Source: Candidatus Moraniibacteriota bacterium | GTDB taxonomy: Bacteria > Patescibacteriota > Minisyncoccia > Moranbacterales > UBA9337 | DNA: 41,083 bases | Direction: 5' to 3' | Assembly: GCA_034003925.1 (NCBI GenBank) | Contig: JAVEXR010000005.1 | Location: 1 to 41,083, forward strand | Shown here: positions 9,098 through 17,833 of the stretch, piece by piece | Layout of the letters: the number at the start of each line of letters is the position of its first letter | How positions within the stretch are numbered: the stretch's first letter is position 1 | Translations under genes and position numbers: made by a program | The notes under the pieces: generated by a model | What the model was told of the DNA's origin: nothing | The model's input: the letters and a program-made list of their open reading frames with translations, nothing else | The model's database searches: none

Positions 9098-9625
9098 ATG
9101 GAAATAGATGTAGATTCTATTATCGTGATAATTTTGCAAATAGTAAATTCTTTTCTGAATTCTGGATTTTTTTGGTTTGTAAAATTTATTTTGGCTATTT
9201 ATGTTTCGGTTCTTTTTATTGATATAGTTTTACTTTTGGTGCTAAGGGGTGTAGGCGTGGATATTCGAGATACTATAAAAGGTTCACAAATGCCACTTGC
9301 TTCTAAAAAGAAAATACAAAAGCGATGGCTAGAGATAGAAAACAGATTGAAATTGGAGAATAATATGCAAAATAAAATAGCTATCTTAGAGGCTGATAAA
9401 TTGGTGGATGAGATACTATTAAATATCGGCTATACTGGTAGTAATATGAAAGAGAGATTAGAAAAAGCTAATGCAAATCAAATTGAAGAAATAGATAATC
9501 TTATTGAGGCTCATGATGTCAGAAATAAAATAATTTATGATGATAAATTCTATTTAGACAACGAGGAATCACAAAGAGTAATCCGATTATATCGAGAGTT
9601 TTTAGATAATTTGGAAATAATTTAA
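9098..9625 (+). CDS. Hypothetical membrane protein (N-terminal TM helices, helical C-terminal domain)
   Basis: A long ORF with no competing frame. It has a hydrophobic N-terminus and no motif I recognise. Confidence 0.6.
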   Translation: MEIDVDSIIVIILQIVNSFLNSGFFWFVKFILAIYVSVLFIDIVLLLVLRGVGVDIRDTIKGSQMPLASKKKIQKRWLEIENRLKLENNMQNKIAILEADKLVDEILLNIGYTGSNMKERLEKANANQIEEIDNLIEAHDVRNKIIYDDKFYLDNEESQRVIRLYREFLDNLEII

Positions 9626-9655
9626 AATCATATAATAACTAAAGAATATAAAATT

Positions 9656-10582
9656 ATGGCCGAAGAAGAAAAAATAGTTTATGACTTGATTATTGTAGGA
9701 GCTGGTCCAGCTGGTTTGGGAGCTTCTATTTATTCCTCTCGTTATAAACTAAAGCATTTGGTAATTGGCGAGGAAGTGGGTGGTCAAGTAGTAGAGGCGT
9801 CAGAAATAGAAAATTGGGCTGGAGAAAAAAGTATTTCTGGCAGTGATTTGATGAAAAAGTTTATTGATCAAACTGAAGGTTTGGGAGCCACAATCATTCA
9901 GGAAAATGTTAAACAAATCGAAAAAAAAGAAGAGAGCTTTGAGGTTATCACTGATGGAGGAAAAAAATATTTAGCCAAGACTATTATTTTAGCCCTAGGT
10001 ATGAAACCTCGAAAGATGAATGTAAAAGGAGAAAAGGATTTTGTAGGCAAGGGAGTTTCCTATTGTGCAACTTGTGACGCGATGTTTTTCAGAGACAAAG
10101 ACGTGGTAGTGATTGGCGGTGGAGATAGTGCTGCTATGGCTGCTCAGCACCTGACAGAATTTGCTAAAAAAGTTTATATTTTACATCGTTGCGAGGTGGC
10201 CTGGGAGCCTTCTCGAGAAGAGGCTATGAAAACAAGTGGTAAAGTGGAATTTATCTGTAGTGAAAATATTACAGAAATTAAGGGTGAAAATAAAGTTAGT
10301 AGCGTAACCTATGAGCAAGAGGGAGAAATTAAAGAATTGCCGGTAGAGGGAGTTTTTATTGAGGTGGGAACTGTGCCAGGAGTGGTGATTGCAAAAAATT
10401 TAGGAGTAGCGCTGGATGATAAGGATTATATTATTGTGGATCAAGCCCAAGCTACTAATGTGGAGGGAGTTTGGGCAGCTGGGGATGTCACTACGGGATC
10501 AAATAAGTTTCGTCAGATTATTACCGCGGTGGCTGAAGGTGCTGTAGCCTCTGGAAGTATCTATAGAAAATTGAGACTCTAG
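9656..10582 (+). CDS. trxB: Thioredoxin-disulfide reductase
   Basis: FAD motif GAGPAGLGASIY, redox-active CATCDA, second dinucleotide motif VIGGGDSA, and C-terminal GDV...QIITA. Confidence 0.93.
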   Translation: MAEEEKIVYDLIIVGAGPAGLGASIYSSRYKLKHLVIGEEVGGQVVEASEIENWAGEKSISGSDLMKKFIDQTEGLGATIIQENVKQIEKKEESFEVITDGGKKYLAKTIILALGMKPRKMNVKGEKDFVGKGVSYCATCDAMFFRDKDVVVIGGGDSAAMAAQHLTEFAKKVYILHRCEVAWEPSREEAMKTSGKVEFICSENITEIKGENKVSSVTYEQEGEIKELPVEGVFIEVGTVPGVVIAKNLGVALDDKDYIIVDQAQATNVEGVWAAGDVTTGSNKFRQIITAVAEGAVASGSIYRKLRL

Positions 10583-10647
10583 ACCCGTAAGTATATCAGT
10601 ATTTTGGCATCAGCAAAGGGGAAAATGTAAAAATATTGAAAATAAAA

Positions 10648-10675
10648 AGTATCCACCCAGGGTGGATACTTTTTT
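10648..10675 (+). terminator. Rho-independent terminator after trxB
   Basis: AGTATCCACC-CAG-GGTGGATACT followed by TTTTT. Confidence 0.8.
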
Positions 10676-10755
10676 CATTTGATTTTATTTGAATAAGTGC
10701 GATAATGGATAAGGATTTAAGGAGGATTTTTAATTGGTATAAGTAATAAAAATTT

Positions 10756-11877
10756 ATGACAGAAGCGATAAAGTTATCCAAAAAAATAGGGGGAAAAATT
10801 GAAATTAACTCTAAAGTAAAGCTAACTAAAGATAATTTAAAAGTTTTATATACACCGGGGGTAGCTAGCGTTTCTAATGCTATTGCCAGAGATAAGGATT
10901 TGTCTTTTCAATATACTATCCGTAAAAATACAGTGGCAGTTATTTCTGACGGTAGTGCAGTTTTAGGTTTAGGCAATATCGGACCAGAAGCAGCCTTGCC
11001 AGTTATGGAGGGAAAGGCTCTTTTATTTAGAGAATTAGGAGGAGTAGACGCTATTCCAATTGTAATAGAAACTCAGAGTTCAGATGAAATAATTAAAATT
11101 ATTAAAAACATTGCTCCTACTTTTGGTGGGATAAATCTGGAAGATATTTCAGCTCCAAGATGTTTTAAGATTGAAGAAAAATTAAAAAAAGAATTAAATA
11201 TTCCTGTTTTTCATGATGATCAACATGGGACAGCTATTGTGGTTTTAGCTGGTCTTATCAATGCTCTTAAAGTAGTTAATAAAAAGGTAAATAAAATTAA
11301 GATTGTGATTAGTGGAGTGGGGGCCGCTGGAGTAGCTATTGCTAAGTTATTAATTGCTCATGGGGCTAAAAATATTGTAATGGTGGATAGCCAGGGCATT
11401 ATTTTTAAAGAAAGAGCGGGAGGACTCAATGACTCCAAGATAGAAATTGCTAAAATCACCAATCCTCAGAATTTGATGGGTACAATTAGAGATGCTCTTT
11501 GCGGGGCGGATGTTTTTATCGGAGTGTCTGCTCCCAACGTGGTTAATAATGTGGATATTTCCAAGATGGCTAAAGACGCGATTGTTTTTGCGATGGCTAA
11601 TCCGGTGCCTGAAATTATGCCTGAGTTAGCCAAGAAAGGCGGTGCCAAAATCGTAGCTACAGGAAGGTCAGATTTTCCGAATCAGCTTAATAATGTTTTG
11701 GTTTTCCCTGGAATCTTTCGGGGAGCGTTAGATAAAAGAGTGCGAGAAATAACCATGGCGCATAAATTGAAGGCAGCTAAAGTGTTGGCTAGTATGGTAA
11801 TAAAGCCAACTGCCAATAAGATTATTCCTAACGCATTGGACAAAAGGGTGGCTAAAAAAATAGCAGGAATTTTTTAG
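10756..11877 (+). CDS. NAD(P)-dependent malic enzyme (short form)
   Basis: Motifs LYTPGVA, VISDGSAVLGLGNIGPEAALPVMEGKALLF, FHDDQHGTAIV and GVGAAGVA, as in bacterial malic enzymes. Confidence 0.9.
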   Translation: MTEAIKLSKKIGGKIEINSKVKLTKDNLKVLYTPGVASVSNAIARDKDLSFQYTIRKNTVAVISDGSAVLGLGNIGPEAALPVMEGKALLFRELGGVDAIPIVIETQSSDEIIKIIKNIAPTFGGINLEDISAPRCFKIEEKLKKELNIPVFHDDQHGTAIVVLAGLINALKVVNKKVNKIKIVISGVGAAGVAIAKLLIAHGAKNIVMVDSQGIIFKERAGGLNDSKIEIAKITNPQNLMGTIRDALCGADVFIGVSAPNVVNNVDISKMAKDAIVFAMANPVPEIMPELAKKGGAKIVATGRSDFPNQLNNVLVFPGIFRGALDKRVREITMAHKLKAAKVLASMVIKPTANKIIPNALDKRVAKKIAGIF

Positions 11878-11890
11878 CTTCACTCTAGGA

Positions 11891-11919
11891 TTGATTACTA
11901 AAATAAATTATGTTAGTAT
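11891..11919 (+). promoter_or_regulatory. Candidate promoter for ppa
   Basis: TTGATT (11891-11896), 17-nt spacer that includes a TGt extension, TAGTAT (11914-11919). Confidence 0.4.
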
Positions 11920-11955
11920 AGGGGATGTAATAAATTAAATATTAAATAAAAAGAT

Positions 11956-12513
11956 ATGCAAGAAAATTATGTAGCTTCTCATTTTCACACTATCCCGCAA
12001 GATAAGGCTCCTGAAATTTTGAACCTAATCGTAGAAATCCAAAAGGGAGATATGAATAAATATGAATATAATAAAGAATTTGGAGTTCTAGAATTAGACA
12101 GAGTGCTCTATGGTCCTACTTTTTATCCAGTTAATTATTGTGATGTGCCTAACACTTGGAATACAGGTGATGAAGATCCATTGGATGCGGTTGTGTACAG
12201 TTCAATGCCAATAATTCCCGGAGCTCTTGTTAAGGGAAGAGTGGTAGGTATAATGGAGATGGAGGACAATGGAGAGGTGGATCATAAAATAATTTGCGTT
12301 AACGCCAAAGATCCTCGTTATGAACATGTGACTCATGTGGATGAGCTTACTCCCTATGAAAGAAAAGATTTAAAAACTTTTATGGAAATTTATAAAATTC
12401 CTCAAACTGGTAAAGATAGTGTAAAGGTGGGAAGATTTTTGGGACCAGAGGAAGCTCATAAGGTTATCATTGAAGCACAAGAAGAATACAAAAAGAAATT
12501 TATGCAAAAATAA
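11956..12513 (+). CDS. ppa: Inorganic pyrophosphatase (family I)
   Basis: EIQKGDMNKYEY...LDRVLYGPTFYPVNYCDVPNTW..DEDPLDAVV are family I PPase active-site motifs. Confidence 0.93.
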   Translation: MQENYVASHFHTIPQDKAPEILNLIVEIQKGDMNKYEYNKEFGVLELDRVLYGPTFYPVNYCDVPNTWNTGDEDPLDAVVYSSMPIIPGALVKGRVVGIMEMEDNGEVDHKIICVNAKDPRYEHVTHVDELTPYERKDLKTFMEIYKIPQTGKDSVKVGRFLGPEEAHKVIIEAQEEYKKKFMQK

Positions 12514-12544
12514 AAGTTTTCTTTCGGATATAAAAATGAAACAC

Positions 12545-12576
12545 AAAAAAACAACTCATAAAGAGTTGTTTTTTTG
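12545..12576 (+). terminator. Rho-independent terminator after ppa
   Basis: AAAAAACAACTC-ATAAA-GAGTTGTTTTTTT. Confidence 0.75.
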
Positions 12577-12652
12577 GAGACGCGGCATTGTTTCATCTTC
12601 TCTCGTTTTATTTTTGGTTATAAGTTATAATGATAGATGCAAGAATTAATTT

Positions 12653-13522
12653 ATGTTTAAAAATATGTATGATAAAAAAATAATAGTGGCTAAAAATGCT
12701 GGATTTTGCTTCGGCGTCAAGAGAGCGGTGGATATGGTGAATGATTTATTGAAGGAAAAAAAGGAAATTTATATGATTGGAGAATTGGTGCATAATAACC
12801 AAGTAGTTGAAACTTTAGAGAAAAAGGGGCTAAGGACAGTAAAAAATTTAGACGAAATTCCTAGTTCAGGAGTAATGGTTATCAGGAGTCATGGCGTATC
12901 AATTGATATTATTGATGAGGCCAAAAGAAGAGGTATTGAAATTATTGATGCGACTTGTCCTTTTGTAAATAAGGCTAGGATAGTAGCGCGAGATTTTTAT
13001 AAAAAAGGCTATGAAACATTGATCTGTGGAGATAAAAATCATGTGGAGATAATTGGAATTAATTCTTTGACTGATAATTCAGCTAAGATTGTAAGCAGTG
13101 TTGATCAGGTCAAAGATGTTAATTTTGAAAAAAGTATTATTGGCGTAATGAGTCAAACTACTTATAAACTTAGTTTCTTAAAAGATGTCGTCCTAGCTCT
13201 GATGGATCAGGGATACAAAAAAATTGTAATGGAAAATACTATTTGTTTGGACAGTGCTACTAAGCAAGCGGAAATAAAATCTTTAGCTAAAGAAGTGGAT
13301 GTTATGATTGTGGTGGGAGGAAAATCATCTAGCAATACTAACAAACTGGCGGAAATTAGTGCGGCCGTTGGAACAATGACTCATCATATTGAAACTGCCA
13401 ATGAATTAAAAAAAGAATGGTTTGCTAAAGCTAATAATATCGGAGTGGCAGCTGGAGCTTCAACAGCTCAATTTCTCATAGATGATGTGATTACAAGAAT
13501 AAATAAAATTATAAAAATATAA
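12653..13522 (+). CDS. ispH: 4-hydroxy-3-methylbut-2-enyl diphosphate reductase
   Basis: NAGFCFGVKRAV, IVHN-type motif (ELVHNNQVV), DATCPFV and MSQTT, with three conserved Cys positions as in IspH/LytB. Confidence 0.9.
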   Translation: MFKNMYDKKIIVAKNAGFCFGVKRAVDMVNDLLKEKKEIYMIGELVHNNQVVETLEKKGLRTVKNLDEIPSSGVMVIRSHGVSIDIIDEAKRRGIEIIDATCPFVNKARIVARDFYKKGYETLICGDKNHVEIIGINSLTDNSAKIVSSVDQVKDVNFEKSIIGVMSQTTYKLSFLKDVVLALMDQGYKKIVMENTICLDSATKQAEIKSLAKEVDVMIVVGGKSSSNTNKLAEISAAVGTMTHHIETANELKKEWFAKANNIGVAAGASTAQFLIDDVITRINKIIKI

Positions 13523-13577
13523 TGGGGCTAAAATTTTTCACAAAAACTTTTTTTGTTTGCAATAAATCGGGCCACTA

Positions 13578-13586
13578 TGATATAAT
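13578..13586 (+). promoter_or_regulatory. Candidate extended -10 element
   Basis: TGaTATAAT lies about 75 nt upstream of the ATG at 13660. Confidence 0.35.
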
Positions 13587-13659
13587 TAGTTCAATAGAGG
13601 AACTAAAATAAAGTTCATAAATTATACATAAATAATTTTTTGTTTTAAAAATTATAAAA

Positions 13660-14247
13660 ATGGACACAAAAACAAAGATATTTTGGTGGACGATGGGATT
13701 TTTAGTTTTCATCTCTTTTGGTTTGGTCGCTTATCGCTATTTGATAAAAAAAGATTACATTATTCAGGCTCAAGTAGATTGTGATCCATACAATGAAGCT
13801 TGTTTTGTCTGGAATTGCGACCCTGAGAGTGATGAAGAGGGGGAAATGTGTACCGGTGACCCAGAAGAAGACACGTGGTATTTCAAAGTTATCAATAAAA
13901 ATGCGAGTCAAATTTCATCTTGTGATGCGAATGATGAAGGTTGCGAAGCTCTAATTTGTGAGGAAAATGAGCCAGAATGTGATTTTACTTTGTGCAATGA
14001 AGATAATAAATCAGAAATGGATTCTCTAGAATGCAGCGATCCGATAACCTATTCAGTAGAAAATCCAATAGGGGAGGAATGTGAGGAGGGTGATGAAGGA
14101 TGTCTCGAAAGTGATGATGAAAGCTCAGCTGAAGATGGGACGGAAGAAGAACCAATGATTCAAACTACGGAAGATATGATTTCCGCCCAAGAAGAAACTG
14201 GAGAAGAAGTGGGCAACGCAGCGGGTGTTCTGCCAATTGAAGAATAA
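13660..14247 (+). CDS. Membrane-anchored, Cys-rich, highly acidic hypothetical protein
   Basis: One N-terminal TM helix (IFWWTMGFLVFISFGLVAY) is followed by 12 Cys embedded in D/E-rich sequence and an acidic tail. I recognise no family. Confidence 0.6.
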   Translation: MDTKTKIFWWTMGFLVFISFGLVAYRYLIKKDYIIQAQVDCDPYNEACFVWNCDPESDEEGEMCTGDPEEDTWYFKVINKNASQISSCDANDEGCEALICEENEPECDFTLCNEDNKSEMDSLECSDPITYSVENPIGEECEEGDEGCLESDDESSAEDGTEEEPMIQTTEDMISAQEETGEEVGNAAGVLPIEE

Positions 14248-14339
14248 ATAAGATTGAATAAAATATCCTTTTATTCAATTTTTCTTATATTAAAAGACTT
14301 TTTAGCTAAGAATAGAACAGTTTAAATAGGCGATGACCA

Positions 14340-14368
14340 TTGACAAATCACAAGAAATGTAGTACACT
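14340..14368 (+). promoter_or_regulatory. Candidate sigma70 promoter
   Basis: TTGACA (14340-14345), 17-nt spacer, TACACT (14363-14368). It lies upstream of the ATG at 14484. Confidence 0.45.
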
Positions 14369-14483
14369 TAAAAGTTATTTTTAAAATATTTAAATTATTA
14401 CTTGAAATATAACTTAGTAATCCAATGTATTAATTTTTTATGTTGGAGGTAAAATTTTCACTTAATTTTCTTATAATTTTATT

Positions 14484-15782
14484 ATGAATGTATTGTTTAT
14501 TTCTTTGGATTTATCTGGTGCAGATTTAGCATATCGACTAAGAACCGAGGGACATCAGGTGCGTTTTTTTGTCGAAGAAAAATCTCAAAAATGCAATTAT
14601 CAAAGAATGATAAGCAAGGTTAAAGATTGGAAAAAAGAATTGGATTGGGTGGGAAAAGCAGATGGTTTGATAATTTTTGATAGTATCGGTTATGGAAAAG
14701 AGCAAGACAAATTGAGAAAAGAAGGATATGCGGTAATAGGGGGTTGCGAGCTTGCGGATAAATTGGAACATGATAGGCAATATTGCAAAAAGGTTTTTGC
14801 TAATTATGGTGTGCCAGTAATTCCGTCTAAGGGATTTACTAATGTGGATGATGCAATGGATTATGTAAGAAAAAATAAAGGTCCTTGGGTGGTAAAACAA
14901 AATGGACATGCTGATAAAATTTTTAATTATGTGGGTAATTTTGAAGATGGGCGAGATGTAACAGATGTCTTAAAAAATTACTATCGTTATAAAAACTCAG
15001 AATGTACCACGATTGATATTCAAAAGAAAGCTGTTGGTATAGAGATAGGGGTAGCAAGGTATTTCAATGGTGAAGATTGGGTAGGTCCAATTGAATTAAA
15101 CATTGAATATAAAGATTTATATTCGGGAGGATTGGGTCCTAAAACATACGAGATGGGAACTTTGATGTGGTTAGTAGATGATGAAAATAATAAATTGTTC
15201 AAAGAAACATTAGATAAACTTAAAAATTATTTAAAAAAGATAGATTTTAGAGGAGATGTGGATATTAATTGTATTGTTGATGGAGATAATGTGTATCCAT
15301 TAGAAGTAACAACACGCTTTGGCTGGCCTGCCACTCATTTACATGTGGAATTAATAAAATCTCCCGTTGGAAAATTTTTAAAAGCTGTAGCTGAGGGGAA
15401 GCAGTATGATTTAAAATATAAAAAAGAATTTGCGACTGCCGTTTTAGTGGCTACTCCTCCTTTTCCCTATGATATAAAATTAAACAAATATTCCCCTAAG
15501 GGAGAGTTTATTTATTTTAGCTCTGATTTTACTGTGGAGGATTTGAGTCATGTTCATTTTGAAGAGGTTTCCAAGGATAGGTGTGGCAACTTTTTTATTT
15601 CTGGAAGTTCCGGCTTCGTGTTGCATGTGACGCAAAGTTGTAAAACCGCTAAGGGAGCACAGAAAAAAAGCTTAGATATAATTAAAAAGATAGTTATTCC
15701 TAAAAAGTTTTATCGTAATGATATCGGCTCAGATTTTCATCTTAAAGATAGGAAGACATTAAAAAAATGGGGATGGATTTAG
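14484..15782 (+). CDS. ATP-grasp protein, divergent phosphoribosylamine-glycine ligase (PurD)-like
   Basis: 432 aa, PurD-like in length and block order: LEHDRQYCKKVFANYGVPV, GPWVVKQNGHA, GGLGPKTYEMG (compare GPNTGGMG) and EVTTRFGWP (compare E.N.RFGDPE). It lacks the canonical N-terminal GGREHA motif. Confidence 0.6.
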   Translation: MNVLFISLDLSGADLAYRLRTEGHQVRFFVEEKSQKCNYQRMISKVKDWKKELDWVGKADGLIIFDSIGYGKEQDKLRKEGYAVIGGCELADKLEHDRQYCKKVFANYGVPVIPSKGFTNVDDAMDYVRKNKGPWVVKQNGHADKIFNYVGNFEDGRDVTDVLKNYYRYKNSECTTIDIQKKAVGIEIGVARYFNGEDWVGPIELNIEYKDLYSGGLGPKTYEMGTLMWLVDDENNKLFKETLDKLKNYLKKIDFRGDVDINCIVDGDNVYPLEVTTRFGWPATHLHVELIKSPVGKFLKAVAEGKQYDLKYKKEFATAVLVATPPFPYDIKLNKYSPKGEFIYFSSDFTVEDLSHVHFEEVSKDRCGNFFISGSSGFVLHVTQSCKTAKGAQKKSLDIIKKIVIPKKFYRNDIGSDFHLKDRKTLKKWGWI

Positions 15783-15888
15783 TAAATTAAAAGTGTGAAA
15801 CTAAAATTAAAAGCTTAAAATAAATAATTGGACGAAACAAAAACACCTTAAAAATAAGTCTTGAATAATTCATACAAAATAAAATTTT

Positions 15889-15924
15889 AAAAGACCACCA
15901 GAGAATATATCTCGGTGGTCTTTT
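15889..15924. terminator. Bidirectional terminator between convergent genes
   Basis: AAAAGACCACC (15889-15899) pairs with GGTGGTCTTTT (15914-15924). A/T runs flank both sides. Confidence 0.7.
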
Positions 15925-15949
15925 CTTGACTGCGAACGCAACAATTTTT

Positions 15950-16714
15950 TCAAAAAGTCCAGGTAATACCGGATGCCATAAGCCATTCCGTATCGCGATC
16001 ATCAGCGTCTATGAGAGGCGACGTAATTTTACCCATTAGATCAAGGCTTAAATTTTCCCTAAGGGCATAACTGAGTGTGGTTTGAAATAGGCCAATTGTG
16101 CCAGCATCAGTATCTTTGCCATCATCGAAGATGATAGCAATTTTATTGCTGAGAAAAAAATCCTCATTGATTGCATGGCCATGAACTAAACCCATCAATA
16201 GATTGGAACTAGTATCACCCATGCCAATTAATTCATTCCATTCCAGTCTGATATAGGGAGTAAGAGTGTCGCCATTTTCTCCAAGAGAGAATTCGTGGTT
16301 GACATCGATGATCCACTCAGCTACATCGCCTTCTTTGTTGCCAAGCAACTGCGCACAATCGATATAGTCGAACCCAATTTGAATAAGTGCCCATTTGAAA
16401 TTTTTTTGCCAAGAAATGATATAATCTATTTCATTGGCATATTCATCACGAAAAGTCCCTTCAAATTGGAAAGATCCCCAGAGCTCAAGACTAAACAGTC
16501 CAAATCGAGAGTCATAGGCTAGATAAAAATCAGGCTGGTATATAGCCTTGCCTGCGCTGGCGTTAATTCCGCTGTCTGAAAGGTACTTGTCGGCAAAGAC
16601 TATTCCAATACTTCCAGAAAAGGGGCTTTCTTCCTCAGCCCATCCTGTTGAATTAATCGATAAGCTAAAAATAATAACCATTGCGACCAATGCAGACTTT
16701 TTAAGTGTGTTCAT
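15950..16714 (-). CDS. Secreted beta-barrel outer-membrane-protein-like protein (possibly TorF/Gcw_chp-like porin family)
   Basis: It has a signal peptide (MNTLKKSALVAMVIIFSLSINSTGWA), alternating hydrophobic beta-strand patterns throughout, and the C-terminus GITWTF (an aromatic-x-aromatic-x-F beta-signal). It has its own SD, GGGAGA. The family assignment is from memory of the sequence pattern only. Confidence 0.55.
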   Translation of the reverse strand: MNTLKKSALVAMVIIFSLSINSTGWAEEESPFSGSIGIVFADKYLSDSGINASAGKAIYQPDFYLAYDSRFGLFSLELWGSFQFEGTFRDEYANEIDYIISWQKNFKWALIQIGFDYIDCAQLLGNKEGDVAEWIIDVNHEFSLGENGDTLTPYIRLEWNELIGMGDTSSNLLMGLVHGHAINEDFFLSNKIAIIFDDGKDTDAGTIGLFQTTLSYALRENLSLDLMGKITSPLIDADDRDTEWLMASGITWTF

Positions 16715-16807
16715 CTCTTTTTCTCCCGTGTTTGCTTGTTTTTAATAGCTCTTTATCATGCCTAGTGAGCTAAGGTTATTTGTAATAAGAACTTGCATGA
16801 ACGCTAG

Positions 16808-16836
16808 ATAATAGCATGAAATAGATAATTTGTCAA
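16808..16836 (-). promoter_or_regulatory. Near-consensus sigma70 promoter for the OMP-like gene
   Basis: On the minus strand: TTGACA (complement of 16831-16836), 17-nt spacer, TATTAT (complement of 16808-16813). Confidence 0.65.
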
Positions 16837-16855
16837 ATTGATTCAGCTGTCAAAT

Positions 16856-16884
16856 TTGACTTTCAATCTGTTTTGGTGTATAAT
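16856..16884 (+). promoter_or_regulatory. Near-consensus sigma70 promoter for the 16992 gene
   Basis: TTGACT (16856-16861), 17-nt spacer, TATAAT (16879-16884). The -35 box overlaps the perfect palindrome GTCAAATTTGAC (16849-16860). Confidence 0.65.
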
Positions 16885-16991
16885 ATCAAGTTAGTGAATT
16901 GATGACTGTAGCTTGAAAATTGAATAATAAATGAGGGTTTAAAAATGATTAAATCTATTTTTATCCCCAACAAAAAAAGAAGAGGCTTGAA

Positions 16992-17789
16992 ATGGAAAGA
17001 ATAATCAGAATTACAAATTTTTTGGCACATTTGATTGATGAATTAGTAGGTGCTTTTCTTGAAATTGAAGATAAATCTTCTAACAAGGTTGTTAAAAAAA
17101 TCAGCTTGAATTTTATTGGCAGATTTTTTTACGGAGTGACTGATTGGATGGTAGCCTTTGGGCTGGGGTCATTCTCTTTCTGGATGATGTTTAGACGAGA
17201 TATATTTCTCACTGAACAGTCTATTTTTGCAGGTATTTTTCTTTGGGATTTTCTCTGGGCATCCATATTTTTTTGGATAAGCCATAAGAGTAAAATGGAT
17301 TTTACCTGGGGAGCTGCCTACAAGAGAGTGGCGGATGTTTTGTGGCGATATGGTTTTTGGGGAAAGACGGCTTCTGTTTTTTACAGTATCTACTTTTCTA
17401 TAAAGGCGATCGCTTGGGAGGGTCCGGAAGTAATTACTTGTGCTTATCAAAAAAAACTCAAAAGCAGGGAAAATATTTGGGTATCATTGTATTTCCTCTC
17501 TACCCTTCAGGGTTTTTGCGGTTACTGGATGTACAAAGTGGCCTATGGTTTGGCAGAAAAACATAATGTTAATTTTAACAATGGCGTTAAAGTTGCTGCC
17601 TTTGGTGTATTGGCCTCAATTGTTTTATTGGGAGTATTTTCTCTAATTGGTAAAATGTTTCGCTTGCTAACTGTACTTTTACGCAATGAGGATGTTCATC
17701 CAATAATAAGAATAATGGTTTTCCTAAATGGTCTTATTCTATTGTTTGGATTTATAGCCTTCATTGCTTACAACGGATTATCAAGATAA
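16992..17789 (+). CDS. Hypothetical polytopic membrane protein
   Basis: 265 aa with several hydrophobic helices. The SD GAAGAGG sits 6 nt upstream. No family is recognised. Confidence 0.6.
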   Translation: MERIIRITNFLAHLIDELVGAFLEIEDKSSNKVVKKISLNFIGRFFYGVTDWMVAFGLGSFSFWMMFRRDIFLTEQSIFAGIFLWDFLWASIFFWISHKSKMDFTWGAAYKRVADVLWRYGFWGKTASVFYSIYFSIKAIAWEGPEVITCAYQKKLKSRENIWVSLYFLSTLQGFCGYWMYKVAYGLAEKHNVNFNNGVKVAAFGVLASIVLLGVFSLIGKMFRLLTVLLRNEDVHPIIRIMVFLNGLILLFGFIAFIAYNGLSR

Positions 17790-17833
17790 TAATTTTATTA
17801 AATCATTTATATCCTGAAAGGAGAAGGAGTGAT

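Noticed and set aside
7644-9625. Absence of gatB after gatCA as an anomaly.
   Set aside because: gatB is often encoded elsewhere, so nothing in this window makes its absence informative.
10596-10781. A 61-aa minus-strand ORF between trxB and the malic enzyme gene. Also 15787-16002, 16295-16745 and 37914-38114.
   Set aside because: They span terminators or promoters, or are antisense to a better gene. They have no SD or promoter and their products are low-complexity.
13660-15782. A graspetide/microviridin-type RiPP system, with an acidic precursor plus an ATP-grasp ligase.
   Set aside because: - The ATP-grasp is PurD-like in size and block order, not RimK/MdnC-like.
- The acidic protein is a 195-aa membrane-anchored protein, not a short leader-core peptide.
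- The two genes are separated by about 235 nt containing a promoter.
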